Origin: Escherichia phage UAE_MI-01
DNA length: 44,281 nucleotides
Sequence record: MW862804
Reading direction: 5' to 3' (one strand)
Position 1 is the first letter of the stretch. Each line of letters begins with the position of its first letter. Below are positions 8,595 through 16,983 of the stretch, piece by piece. The translations under genes were made by a program, and so were the position numbers. Under the pieces are notes generated by a model. It was not told the origin of the DNA. It saw only the letters and a list, made by a program, of their open reading frames with translations, and searched no databases.

Positions 8595-10098
8595 TGTCCG
8601 CTACCTTGTCCGGGTCTTCTTCGGTAGATTCTACCGCATCCGGGGACATTTGAGGCAATGGATTCTGATTTCGCAATTCGTCTTCCACCTGCTCGACGGT
8701 TTGCGAGTCGTCAATAACGCCCTGGGCCATCATCCACTTGATAAAGTCCGCCAGACGGACCGTACCGGTCTGCACACCCGCCATCATTGCGGTCATAAGC
8801 TGTGCGTCAACCGTGATTTCGGTGTAAAACTTATTCAGCGTTACGCGTTGGTCTGCGGTGTCGCCAGTGAACAGCTTAACGATTTGCAGCGCACGGTTGA
8901 AAGCCTTCTCAACGTTACCGGCAATCAGTGACAGGATACTGTTATCAGTCTGCGCATCGTAGGCCGCTTCAGTTGCCGTCTTCGGTGCGGTCCCCTTCTC
9001 GACCAGGGCCGCGCCCAGTTTAGCCATTTGCAATTCGCGTCGCTCACACAGTGCGACCGATAAGTTGCGCTCCTCCGCCTGAAGCAGTTTGGCGTCCATG
9101 TTCTGGCCCAGGATAACGCCCTTAGTTGCCCCGAGCGCGATTCCGCCTTTCAGGTTCTTGTCCGCCCACGATTGGGTCAGACCAGTCGCAATGAGGGTAG
9201 GTTGCCCCACGATGTGCGCAATCTCAGCGACGTCTGCTTCGGCGTTGTAGTGCTTAATGTTGAGGGACGCAATATCCGCCAGCGGTGCGGCGTCCGGTGT
9301 CGCGTTGTTGTCCACCGCACCACACCAGCAAAATGGCAGTTGAGTAAGCGCATTACCGGAGGCATCCACCAGCGGTACAAGATCGGTGCGGGTGAATCCA
9401 CGCGGCAAGTCCATTTGCACTTCTGACGTGTCTGCATTGTAAAACCAGCGGCGGGCGTGTGCCTTGCCGTCAATCATGCGAAGCTCGGTCCAGATGGTCA
9501 CTTCGTGGTTTGCGAAGTCGTCCGGGTCTTCGGTGCTGATTTCGTCTGTTTCCTTCAGCACAATTAGCGTATCTACGCCGTGGGTCTGCCGCCAGTTGAT
9601 GATCTGTTCAGCCGTATACAGGCGGATAAGCGGGCGGTGTGCTGCCATTTCAGCGGCGGTCTGCGGTACTACGTTACCCAGTTCGTCAAAATGCGCCTGG
9701 CGGTCGTAGTCGACCATAAACCCGGCACGGCCTGATTGCAGAACTTCAGACATAGCACCGCGCAGGAGTTGCGCCAGCGGCATACCGCTGCCGTCAACGT
9801 CATCAATCAGGTCAGCCATCGCCCCGGAAAGGTCCATACTCACCGGTTTGGCGAAGGCAACGCCTAACAGTGCATTCAGTGTGCGGGCGGTGGCGTTCAG
9901 GAAGACCGCACGTTGCTTATACGCCTTATAGCGTGCACGCGATTTCGGATCGGTAGTGTCGCCGCTGGCTGGGTGTGGCAGGTACAATGGCCCGCACGCC
10001 TTTACGGCGCGCTCCCCTGCCACACAATCACGGATCATTTTCCACTCGGGCGCGATGCGCGCATAGAGCGGGTGCTGGTTGTCAACGTTAACGGTCAT
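8578..10098 (-). CDS. Portal protein
   Basis: 506 aa; between terminase large subunit and head morphogenesis gene; acidic C-terminus. Confidence 0.75.
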   Translation of the reverse strand: MTVNVDNQHPLYARIAPEWKMIRDCVAGERAVKACGPLYLPHPASGDTTDPKSRARYKAYKQRAVFLNATARTLNALLGVAFAKPVSMDLSGAMADLIDDVDGSGMPLAQLLRGAMSEVLQSGRAGFMVDYDRQAHFDELGNVVPQTAAEMAAHRPLIRLYTAEQIINWRQTHGVDTLIVLKETDEISTEDPDDFANHEVTIWTELRMIDGKAHARRWFYNADTSEVQMDLPRGFTRTDLVPLVDASGNALTQLPFCWCGAVDNNATPDAAPLADIASLNIKHYNAEADVAEIAHIVGQPTLIATGLTQSWADKNLKGGIALGATKGVILGQNMDAKLLQAEERNLSVALCERRELQMAKLGAALVEKGTAPKTATEAAYDAQTDNSILSLIAGNVEKAFNRALQIVKLFTGDTADQRVTLNKFYTEITVDAQLMTAMMAGVQTGTVRLADFIKWMMAQGVIDDSQTVEQVEDELRNQNPLPQMSPDAVESTEEDPDKVADNGEDN

Positions 10099-10109
10099 GG
10101 TCGGTTTCC

Positions 10110-11495
10110 TTAGTAGAAGTCTACAGTAGGAACAGCGGCGATTGGACGAATCACAGGGAACAGGTGCGCAATAGGGTATCCCGCTGCGTCATTCATGTGG
10201 TCCACTCCTGCAGTTTTATCCGGCTCGCCTTTCTTAAGGTCGTACACCTGCTGTTCCAGACATTTCGCTAGTGTAGGGCATTTATCCAGGTTGACAAAAT
10301 ACTGGCGCACGCCCTTCGAGTTGCACATCATCGTATTCATCGCGATCAATCGGTCTTTCACAGGTGGGTTAACGCTGTCATATTCCACCTCGAAGCCAGC
10401 GTCTTCCAGTTGTGCGATATCGGACGACGACGCGTTGACCGTCTTGCGGGATTTGCCGCTGCTGTCCGGGTAAACGACAACACGACCGGCAGCACAATGA
10501 TCGGGGTAGCGCTCCTCGATCGCTTCAATCATAGCCGGGGTATCAAACAGGTCCACTAATTCATCCACGGCGTGAATCTCGTCGCGGAACTCCTTGTTCT
10601 CGGTGGTACGCTGCCGTCTTACATACACGACCGCCGCCATTTTCGTGACGTTAAAGTCCATACCGATAATCAGCGTATCTTCCGGTTGTACTTCTTCGGT
10701 GCTGGCGTTCTCCTCGCGATTGAACATCTTGTACACCGCGCCCGACGTAAGGTTAACAAACAGGCCGTTCAGGTACGCGTCGATCAGGTTAGCCGGGTAC
10801 TGACTGCGCAGCGTGTCGATAAAGTCTGCCGGTAAATGGTGGTTGTCTGTGGTCTTCGCCCGGATCAGGCGCTTTTGGCTATCCTTCTCCACCTCGAAAA
10901 TTTGGTACATCGCCCGGTAGCCTTCAGGCGTGGATACTATGACGAACTGGCGGACGAAGCCCGCACGCAGACGACCGAGCAATTTGTGATACGCCGCCAG
11001 CGCAACGTCTTGCTTCGTGGTGTCGAACTCGTCGGCAACAATCCACGCGGCGTTGACCCCGATCAGGCGAGTATAATTCTCCATTGATTCACAGATAACG
11101 CGAGTCCATTTGCCTTTCACCAGCACATTATAGATCTTGTCCTGCTTATTGAACTTCCACCGGAAGCCAGCCTCGTCAAACGCCTTTTCCAATTCCGGGT
11201 ACATGATCTTGACCAGGAGGGGAATAGTCGGCTCCGTCACAATGCCATCATGACCGGGGTTTAGTGTGAGAAGCTGGATTACCTTACGCGCAGCGACCCA
11301 CGACTTTCCGCCCCCGAAGCCGGAACACAGGCCGAGGATTTTAGTCTTCGTGTCGCGTAGTAGTTCGACCTGGTGCGGTAGGCAATCAGGCTGGTAAAGA
11401 CGCACCGCCTGCGCAACGCGTGTAGGGCGTGGCGGTCGGTTGCGCTTTGCGATCGCGCGTTCCAGTGCGCGGTGCTCTGCCGCATAGTTACGCAT
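10110..11495 (-). CDS. Terminase large subunit
   Basis: 461 aa; P-loop-like GFGGGKS near N-terminus; follows TerS-like gene with overlapping stop/start. Confidence 0.8.
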   Translation of the reverse strand: MRNYAAEHRALERAIAKRNRPPRPTRVAQAVRLYQPDCLPHQVELLRDTKTKILGLCSGFGGGKSWVAARKVIQLLTLNPGHDGIVTEPTIPLLVKIMYPELEKAFDEAGFRWKFNKQDKIYNVLVKGKWTRVICESMENYTRLIGVNAAWIVADEFDTTKQDVALAAYHKLLGRLRAGFVRQFVIVSTPEGYRAMYQIFEVEKDSQKRLIRAKTTDNHHLPADFIDTLRSQYPANLIDAYLNGLFVNLTSGAVYKMFNREENASTEEVQPEDTLIIGMDFNVTKMAAVVYVRRQRTTENKEFRDEIHAVDELVDLFDTPAMIEAIEERYPDHCAAGRVVVYPDSSGKSRKTVNASSSDIAQLEDAGFEVEYDSVNPPVKDRLIAMNTMMCNSKGVRQYFVNLDKCPTLAKCLEQQVYDLKKGEPDKTAGVDHMNDAAGYPIAHLFPVIRPIAAVPTVDFY

Positions 11496-12046
11496 TATTC
11501 GCCCTGGCCTTTGCCGGTAGGTTCCACTACGACGTCGCCGTTATCATCGTCGTCGTCATCCAGTGGGATATCGTCGCGGACTCCGTGGTTGGCTTTAAGC
11601 AGGAACGTAGCGAAGCCCGCCGCGATGGTTACGCCGCCAGCTTCCATCAGGAAAGTTTTCTGCAATTCCATAGCGTCCGCCATCGCCTCGGCGAACTCCT
11701 CATGTGCGCGCGCCCAGCGGTACAGGCAGGCAACGCCTACGCCAATTTCTGCGGCAAATCGGCCGAAGGTTGGCATTTTATTGCGCGGTATTACCTGCGC
11801 GGCCCCCTTATCAGAGTAGTTGACCTGCCAGGCTACGGCATCGGCGAAATAACGACGAAGCTGATCACAATACACAGTGCGGTAGTCGGTAGGGCGTCCG
11901 CATTTCCCGCCTTTACGGCGCTTGCCGTATTCGATCTCAGGTCCGAGATTGGTATGTTCGGTTTGCTCGCCTGGTTTACGGCGCGGGGTAACTGCGACTC
12001 GCCCGTCCAGTTTGGCGCGTCGGCCCTTAACTTTGATTTCTGCCAT
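11495..12046 (-). CDS. Terminase small subunit (putative)
   Basis: ATG 12046; basic N-terminus, HTH-like segment (FGRFAAEIGVGVACLYRWA), acidic tail; directly upstream of TerL. Confidence 0.55.
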   Translation of the reverse strand: MAEIKVKGRRAKLDGRVAVTPRRKPGEQTEHTNLGPEIEYGKRRKGGKCGRPTDYRTVYCDQLRRYFADAVAWQVNYSDKGAAQVIPRNKMPTFGRFAAEIGVGVACLYRWARAHEEFAEAMADAMELQKTFLMEAGGVTIAAGFATFLLKANHGVRDDIPLDDDDDDNGDVVVEPTGKGQGE

Positions 12047-12176
12047 GATATAAGCCCTTTTGTGCATATGCGCCGACCATCGGCAACATAGGAGACGGCC
12101 CTGCCATCTAACGGGGATTATAACAGGCACAAAAAAGCCCACCAAATCGGCAGGCTGGGGTGGTTACAGCGCTGGG

Positions 12177-13319
12177 TTACTTCAACATTTCCGGGCTAAT
12201 GGTTAAGCGTGCAACTTCGCCGTAGTTGGCGCTATAGGTAATGACGTTGGCGCTACGGCCGGACATCCAACCGCCACGACTGGCGTAGGCGTCTTTCGCT
12301 GCGAGCGTCCGGTGCTGTTCAACAATCATATTGCGAGACTCGACAATCTTCTGGTGGTGAAAATGGCCTACGTGCGCGTAGCTGTATTCGCTGGCCCCGA
12401 AAGCCTGTCTGAATTTAGAAATCATGACGGTTTCGATAGCGTCAAAGCGCGCTTTGTGCCCGTGGTGGAAGAATAGCGTGGTCTTACCGTGCTGCACCAT
12501 TTTGTAGACGTCCGGGGACGTATCCACATCGACGCGCGGCTCGTTCTCGTACAGCGTGTTGAACATCTCAGCAAGCCAAATCATGCCCGACTCATCATGA
12601 TTCCCCTGGACGATTAGCAGTTTGACTTTGTGGTGTTTTTGCAGCGCCAGTTCGACGACGTTGCGCACCATGCGAATCATGTAGCGGACAAGTTTCTGAT
12701 ATCGGGTGTCGGCGTCCAGTATGTGACCACTTGCCGGAGTGACAGCATCGAGGCTATCAAAGTGGGCCATATCACCGAGGATATTAATTACGGCAGTGCC
12801 TGCGTCCGGTGCGCGGGCGAAGGCTTCGACAAACCAGCGGTAGAACAGGTCTTCGGCGATCGCCATATCCCAGTCTTCGCCAGTCTCCTCGCCCCAGGCC
12901 AACATTCCCAGGTGGAAGTCTGACACGGTGTACAGGTTGAGCAAGTCGAGCGCCTGGATCGGGACTGGCGGGGCGTTTACTGGCGCTGCCGGTGTGATTT
13001 CGCTGTTCATACCCTCGACAACAGCGCGCATAGCTTCGAGTTGGCGCTCCTTGTCCTGCTCAGTGATAACCCACGACATGACCTCTTCGCCATTGCCGCG
13101 TACCAGGGCCGATACGCGCTTAACACCGAAGCCATCGGCAACGCGCTTGCGGATTACGGCATCGTTGCCGTGTCCAATGCCTTTTTTCGACAGGCGGGCT
13201 TTCCGCATGTAGACGTTTCGGAGGGACAAACCGTACTTCTTAGAAATCTCTTTCGATGTAGCGCCGGATTGTAATTCAGCAATCAATTGCTCGTCTGTGA
13301 TTTTAGTTTGCGGGTGCAT
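12177..13319 (-). CDS. HTH domain fused to calcineurin-like metallophosphoesterase
   Basis: ATG 13319 with AGGAAG RBS; N-terminal HTH-like segment (TSKEISKKYGLSLRNVYMRKARL); phosphoesterase motifs GDMAHFD, GNHD, HGH, GHFHH. Confidence 0.65.
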   Translation of the reverse strand: MHPQTKITDEQLIAELQSGATSKEISKKYGLSLRNVYMRKARLSKKGIGHGNDAVIRKRVADGFGVKRVSALVRGNGEEVMSWVITEQDKERQLEAMRAVVEGMNSEITPAAPVNAPPVPIQALDLLNLYTVSDFHLGMLAWGEETGEDWDMAIAEDLFYRWFVEAFARAPDAGTAVINILGDMAHFDSLDAVTPASGHILDADTRYQKLVRYMIRMVRNVVELALQKHHKVKLLIVQGNHDESGMIWLAEMFNTLYENEPRVDVDTSPDVYKMVQHGKTTLFFHHGHKARFDAIETVMISKFRQAFGASEYSYAHVGHFHHQKIVESRNMIVEQHRTLAAKDAYASRGGWMSGRSANVITYSANYGEVARLTISPEMLK

Positions 13320-13384
13320 AATTACTTCCTGATTATGGGACCGGGGACAATATATCACGGGACTTATCGAGGCGGGCAATAAAA

Positions 13385-13404
13385 AGCCCGGATAATACCG
13401 GGCT
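13385..13404. terminator. Bidirectional terminator hairpin
   Basis: AGCCCGG-ataata-CCGGGCT flanked by A5 and TTATT. Confidence 0.6.
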
Positions 13405-13411
13405 TTATTGT

Positions 13412-13579
13412 TTACGTCACGGGGTCAGATTCTTCCTGTGGCGGCGGGCTTGGCAGCTTCGCATCGAATACCCCAGCGTGGTTGATAGTATCCGCGATGA
13501 TAGCTCGCGCGCCAGGGTCTTCGGTTTTAGCCAGCGCGGCGAGCGCGTCGGCGTTATGATCAAGAATGCTTTTTAACAT
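13412..13579 (-). CDS. Small hypothetical protein (54 aa) downstream of endolysin
   Basis: ATG 13579 with GAGGAA RBS 16 nt after endolysin stop; stop just before terminator; translated by hand. Confidence 0.4.
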   Translation of the reverse strand: MLKSILDHNADALAALAKTEDPGARAIIADTINHAGVFDAKLPSPPPQEESDPVT

Positions 13580-13594
13580 ACTGTGTTCCTCGTA

Positions 13595-14086
13595 TTATGC
13601 TGCGTTACGACCGATTCTCTCGGCAACGTCCCACTGCTTACCATCAAACAACGCCTGTCTGCCGATTGCACGGCGCACCAGACCCTTAAGCACTTCGCCA
13701 CCCTGCTTGCGGAACTGCGGCAGAGTAGCTCGTACCTTCGCCCAGTCGCCCAGTCGCACCGCATCGTCAAAGTCGTTGGCAATGTTGTCCGGTACGATCG
13801 GGCCAGGACCGGCATTGATTACCAGGTCCACCAGCGCGTCGAATTGCGCCTGGTTAATGCTCGGATGCGCGTATTTGTTCACCCAGTCCTCGGCATACGC
13901 CACATCGCGCTTGAGCAGTTCCAGCGCTTCAGCACGGGTAATGCTTCGAGGCGGATTAGTGCCGGTGTGCCCATAACCCCAGGTGTACAGGCCGCGGGCC
14001 TGCTCTTTCTTGGTCGCGAAATACGGCACGGGGCTGAAAGCCTCCCATGCTGCCGTAAATCGTAGACCGTTATCACTGAATCGCAT
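13595..14086 (-). CDS. Endolysin (lysozyme, T4/P22-type glycoside hydrolase family 24)
   Basis: N-terminal catalytic signature E...YTWGYGHTG; follows two small membrane proteins. Confidence 0.75.
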   Translation of the reverse strand: MRFSDNGLRFTAAWEAFSPVPYFATKKEQARGLYTWGYGHTGTNPPRSITRAEALELLKRDVAYAEDWVNKYAHPSINQAQFDALVDLVINAGPGPIVPDNIANDFDDAVRLGDWAKVRATLPQFRKQGGEVLKGLVRRAIGRQALFDGKQWDVAERIGRNAA

Positions 14087-14318
14087 GTTTTACCCCATTT
14101 AAAACAGCATTACGCAGTGTGCGCAATGCAAACAGCCAGATTAACGCGGTCCAGGTGGTGTCCGATACGTCTCCTGTTTGCAACAATCCGATAAGACAGA
14201 CCATTGCCGTTAACAGATATAACACCCGGCCGAAGAAGCCATCCTGAACGGATGGCGCGTACACGTTAAACAGGGACGAAGCCCCTATGATAACAAACAA
14301 CAGGACGGTGATAATCAT
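14073..14318 (-). CDS. Holin-like small membrane protein
   Basis: 81 aa, at least two hydrophobic segments; overlaps endolysin start. Confidence 0.55.
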   Translation of the reverse strand: MIITVLLFVIIGASSLFNVYAPSVQDGFFGRVLYLLTAMVCLIGLLQTGDVSDTTWTALIWLFALRTLRNAVLNGVKHAIQ

Positions 14319-14605
14319 TTTGCGCCCCCCGGAAGGTGTAGCGACGCAATTGTCTCCCGGATCCGGTCAGCGATTGGCATCCAGAAGATGGCAGTTACGA
14401 AGCCCAAACCGGCGACAGTGCGCTCCCCGGACAAACCAGACCACTCGGCAATAGCTGGCGCACCAAATATGGCGCACAGGAAGCCAACTACGACATATAA
14501 AACGAAGTTCAACGGCCCTTTCGTCGCCTCGCCGTGAATGCGTGCGCCTACGAAGCCACCAGCAAGACACGCAAGGGCGAATAACCACTCGTTTAGCTTA
14601 TCCAT
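14315..14605 (-). CDS. Holin/antiholin-like membrane protein
   Basis: 96 aa, multiple hydrophobic segments; overlaps next gene (ATGA-type coupling). Confidence 0.5.
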   Translation of the reverse strand: MDKLNEWLFALACLAGGFVGARIHGEATKGPLNFVLYVVVGFLCAIFGAPAIAEWSGLSGERTVAGLGFVTAIFWMPIADRIRETIASLHLPGGAK

Positions 14606-14610
14606 AAAAA

Positions 14611-14638
14611 AGTCCCAGTAAGTTTTAGCTCACTGGGA
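14611..14638 (-). promoter_or_regulatory. Stem-loop immediately upstream of the first lysis-cassette start codon (possible attenuator or RBS-sequestering structure)
   Basis: Minus strand GTCCCAGT-12 nt-ACTGGGAC followed by TTTTTT and then ATG at 14605. Confidence 0.45.
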
Positions 14639-14657
14639 CTATATCACGCTTGCATAA

Positions 14658-14945
14658 TTAATCGAAAATAGACCACTTGCCGACGCCTTTCCACTCCCAC
14701 CCGGATGACCGGACGGCTTCGAATGTTCGACCGCCTATCATATCCCGATACCACAGCCACCACATGCGAATCCTGGTCGGGTGCTCCTTGATTCCACGGC
14801 GCTTGTATACCTCGAACGTCATGCGGGTAATGCTGGCAGCTTCGACGGCGGGCCAAATCAGGAAGACCCACACCAACAGCGCCAGCACCATAGCAAAGAG
14901 TGTCGCGCACCCCAATCCAAACCAATAAATCAAATCGTGTAACAT
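14658..14945 (-). CDS. Hypothetical membrane protein
   Basis: ATG 14945 with GGAAGGGG RBS; hydrophobic N-terminal half. Confidence 0.45.
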   Translation of the reverse strand: MLHDLIYWFGLGCATLFAMVLALLVWVFLIWPAVEAASITRMTFEVYKRRGIKEHPTRIRMWWLWYRDMIGGRTFEAVRSSGWEWKGVGKWSIFD

Positions 14946-15066
14946 CGTATTGCCCCTTCCGGTTTGCCGATATGGCGCGCCCATGCACGCGCCACGAAGT
15001 AATTGCGAAATACCCGACCGCCTATCTCAAATCGGTTATGCATCAGCATATCACGGATAGACGCGC

Positions 15067-15639
15067 TCATTTCAGAATCACCGAGCGCGGGTCGATAGCT
15101 TTCATGCTGCCGTCTTGTTCCACCCGGATGAATCCAACGCCGTATTCCAGCGCATGGCGCTGTGCATTCGTCACGGCATCAAAGCGATTGACGATTTCGT
15201 GTGCGGCGCGGCCCATATTCGCCTGCACCTGGTGGGAGTCGTAGGTTGCGTAGGCGTGTTGTGTCTTGCGGAACTCAACGCGCTCATGCGGATGGCGGTC
15301 ACGAAGGCGGTAGTTTCTGCCTACTCGCTCGTAGTTGATTAGCCCGAAAAATGCCACGCTCTTAACCATGTTGCCAGCTACGCCGCCCTTGCGCGTCTGC
15401 ATACGAAGGTTACTAAAACCCACATATTCTACGATCCACAATTGCCCGTCGCGGATATCACGCAGCACATCGCCGCGCTCAATATCGTGCGTGAGTACGT
15501 CGAAGAACTGCGGCAGCGTGTGTTTCGGTGCCCGCCACACCCGATTGCCTGCCGCGTTTTGTAGGCGGACGTAGGAATCCAGGGTCTGGATCGGCTTCAG
15601 GATTTTGCCATCGTGCTTACGGCGGAATAGTAATTTCAT
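15067..15639 (-). CDS. Hypothetical protein
   Basis: ATG 15639 with AAAGGAGA RBS; 190 aa. Confidence 0.5.
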   Translation of the reverse strand: MKLLFRRKHDGKILKPIQTLDSYVRLQNAAGNRVWRAPKHTLPQFFDVLTHDIERGDVLRDIRDGQLWIVEYVGFSNLRMQTRKGGVAGNMVKSVAFFGLINYERVGRNYRLRDRHPHERVEFRKTQHAYATYDSHQVQANMGRAAHEIVNRFDAVTNAQRHALEYGVGFIRVEQDGSMKAIDPRSVILK

Positions 15640-15652
15640 TGCTCTGTCTCCT

Positions 15653-15862
15653 TTAAAGTTTAACCGTGCCGCACTTGTCGCACACGATGATTTCTTGCTG
15701 GTGGTCGTGGTTGCATTCGCTTTCGTCGATCTCGTCGGCGGTAAGGTTGTCGCCGTCACATACCGTAGCGATGCCGTAATGCTTGTAGTCGTCGTGGCAG
15801 GATTCCAGGTCGATAAACTCCTGCGAGAATCCCTCCATTAGTGTTTTTTGCATTGGTGTCAT
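15653..15862 (-). CDS. Small Cys-rich (zinc-ribbon-like) protein
   Basis: 69 aa; C-terminal CDKC pair plus additional Cys/His; ATGA start/stop coupling with upstream gene. Confidence 0.45.
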   Translation of the reverse strand: MTPMQKTLMEGFSQEFIDLESCHDDYKHYGIATVCDGDNLTADEIDESECNHDHQQEIIVCDKCGTVKL

Positions 15863-16128
15863 TTGCTCAGTCTCCAGTGTTTGCTTACCCGCTCAACGGC
15901 AGGCTTCCGGCGTAATGTAATACGAATGCCAATTGGTTGCAAGGACGTTTTTATGGCTAACCCATGCTCCCTGGCGAACTGGTGCAAGTAGCGAGTCTGC
16001 GTTAATGGCTTCACATCATCGCGGTAGCACCAGAACACAGAATCGCCCTCATTCGCATTCTTAGCCCATATTCGTACGCAATGCAGTGGGATGCTCCACG
16101 AAAGGCGTTTTGCGCGTCTGCGGTCCAT
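15859..16128 (-). CDS. Hypothetical protein
   Basis: 89 aa; tightly packed in operon. Confidence 0.4.
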   Translation of the reverse strand: MDRRRAKRLSWSIPLHCVRIWAKNANEGDSVFWCYRDDVKPLTQTRYLHQFAREHGLAIKTSLQPIGIRITLRRKPAVERVSKHWRLSK

Positions 16129-16137
16129 TTTGGCCCC

Positions 16138-16443
16138 TTATTTCGCAAGCTGGGCGAATAGTTCGCGCTGGGCTTTAATCCGGGCGACGTTTGTCACTGC
16201 TGTCTCACCGATCCCGAAGCGATACGCCAGGCGCTCGCGGGCAAAAGCCATCGCATATTCGCAGATTGCCACGCGCAGCGGTTCTAGTTCGTCCAGGCTG
16301 GCGAACATATCGTCGAACGCGTGCATGATTCCCTGCTGGGCCAGGATGACAACCTGGCGAGCGTCGTCTGCGTTGCCGTCTGTGTGCTTCGCTTCATACA
16401 GCTTCGCCACCGCCATTGTGTAATTCCAGATTAAAGCTCTCAT
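16138..16443 (-). CDS. Hypothetical protein (first gene of the minus-strand operon)
   Basis: ATG 16443 with AAGAGGA RBS; TTGGTTGC motifs upstream. Confidence 0.45.
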   Translation of the reverse strand: MRALIWNYTMAVAKLYEAKHTDGNADDARQVVILAQQGIMHAFDDMFASLDELEPLRVAICEYAMAFARERLAYRFGIGETAVTNVARIKAQRELFAQLAK

Positions 16444-16659
16444 CGTTCAGTCCTCTTGTTGGTGTGCAACCAAAATAGCAGGGTGCCAGGGTGAATGCAA
16501 CCAATATTAATCACGCGTATGAAAAAGTTGATCGCTATCTGCTGTGACTGCAAACTGCATTTCTCACCCTCCATTCTGCAACTCGCATTGGTTGCCTAGT
16601 TCATCGACGACCGCAATCCGCATCATGCTGCCGTGCGTTATGCAATCCTGGATTTTATG

Positions 16660-16850
16660 CAGTCTCAGACGAGGGGGGTGACAGACCCCCCGTCTAGTCT
16701 GAAAGACTGGGGTTTGTCCCGCTTGTCCCGCCCCCCCCCAGGCCGCGTCATCCGTGGGTGGGACGGGGTGCTGTCCCGCTTTGTCCCGCCCCTGGTCTGT
16801 CCCGCTTTTTGTCCCGCTTAGTTTATGCAGTTTTATTGCATAACTATGCA
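16660..16850. repeat. Noncoding module copy B: hairpin, mini-hairpin, GTCCCGC heptamer array (6-7 copies), C9 homopolymer, palindrome TTATGCA-gttttat-TGCATAA at 16823..16843
   Basis: Direct reading; about 85-90% identical to the junction copy over the conserved core. Confidence 0.85.
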
Positions 16851-16902
16851 CTATATTCACACTACACGGCAACCAATGCGACCGCCTAAAAGCCCATAAA
16901 AT

Positions 16903-16983
16903 GGCAACCAATGCGCGCAAAATTTAATCATTTACCGATATGGGAATTCCCATAACGGCAACCAATGCGCGCAAAATTTAATC
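16903..16983. repeat. Two 27-bp direct repeats GGCAACCAATGCGCGCAAAATTTAATC (16903..16929, 16957..16983) flanking a perfect 16-bp palindrome TATGGGAATTCCCATA (16939..16954); third partial copy at 16868..16882
   Basis: Direct reading; lies at and just beyond the 3' end of the primase gene. Confidence 0.8.

Noticed and set aside
12131-12163. Terminator between the phosphoesterase and TerS genes
   Set aside because: Stem is short and imperfect (CCACC/GGTGG with a 14-nt loop) despite the flanking A6 tract; too uncertain to annotate.
16660-16850. Duplicated module as an insertion sequence or MITE
   Set aside because: No transposase anywhere in the window, no terminal inverted repeats flanking the whole module and no target-site duplication seen; the internal hairpin is a local palindrome, not element ends.
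16564-16920. Minus-strand ORF (118 aa) across module copy B
   Set aside because: Spans the hairpin and heptamer array with no RBS; its translation is dictated by the repeats.
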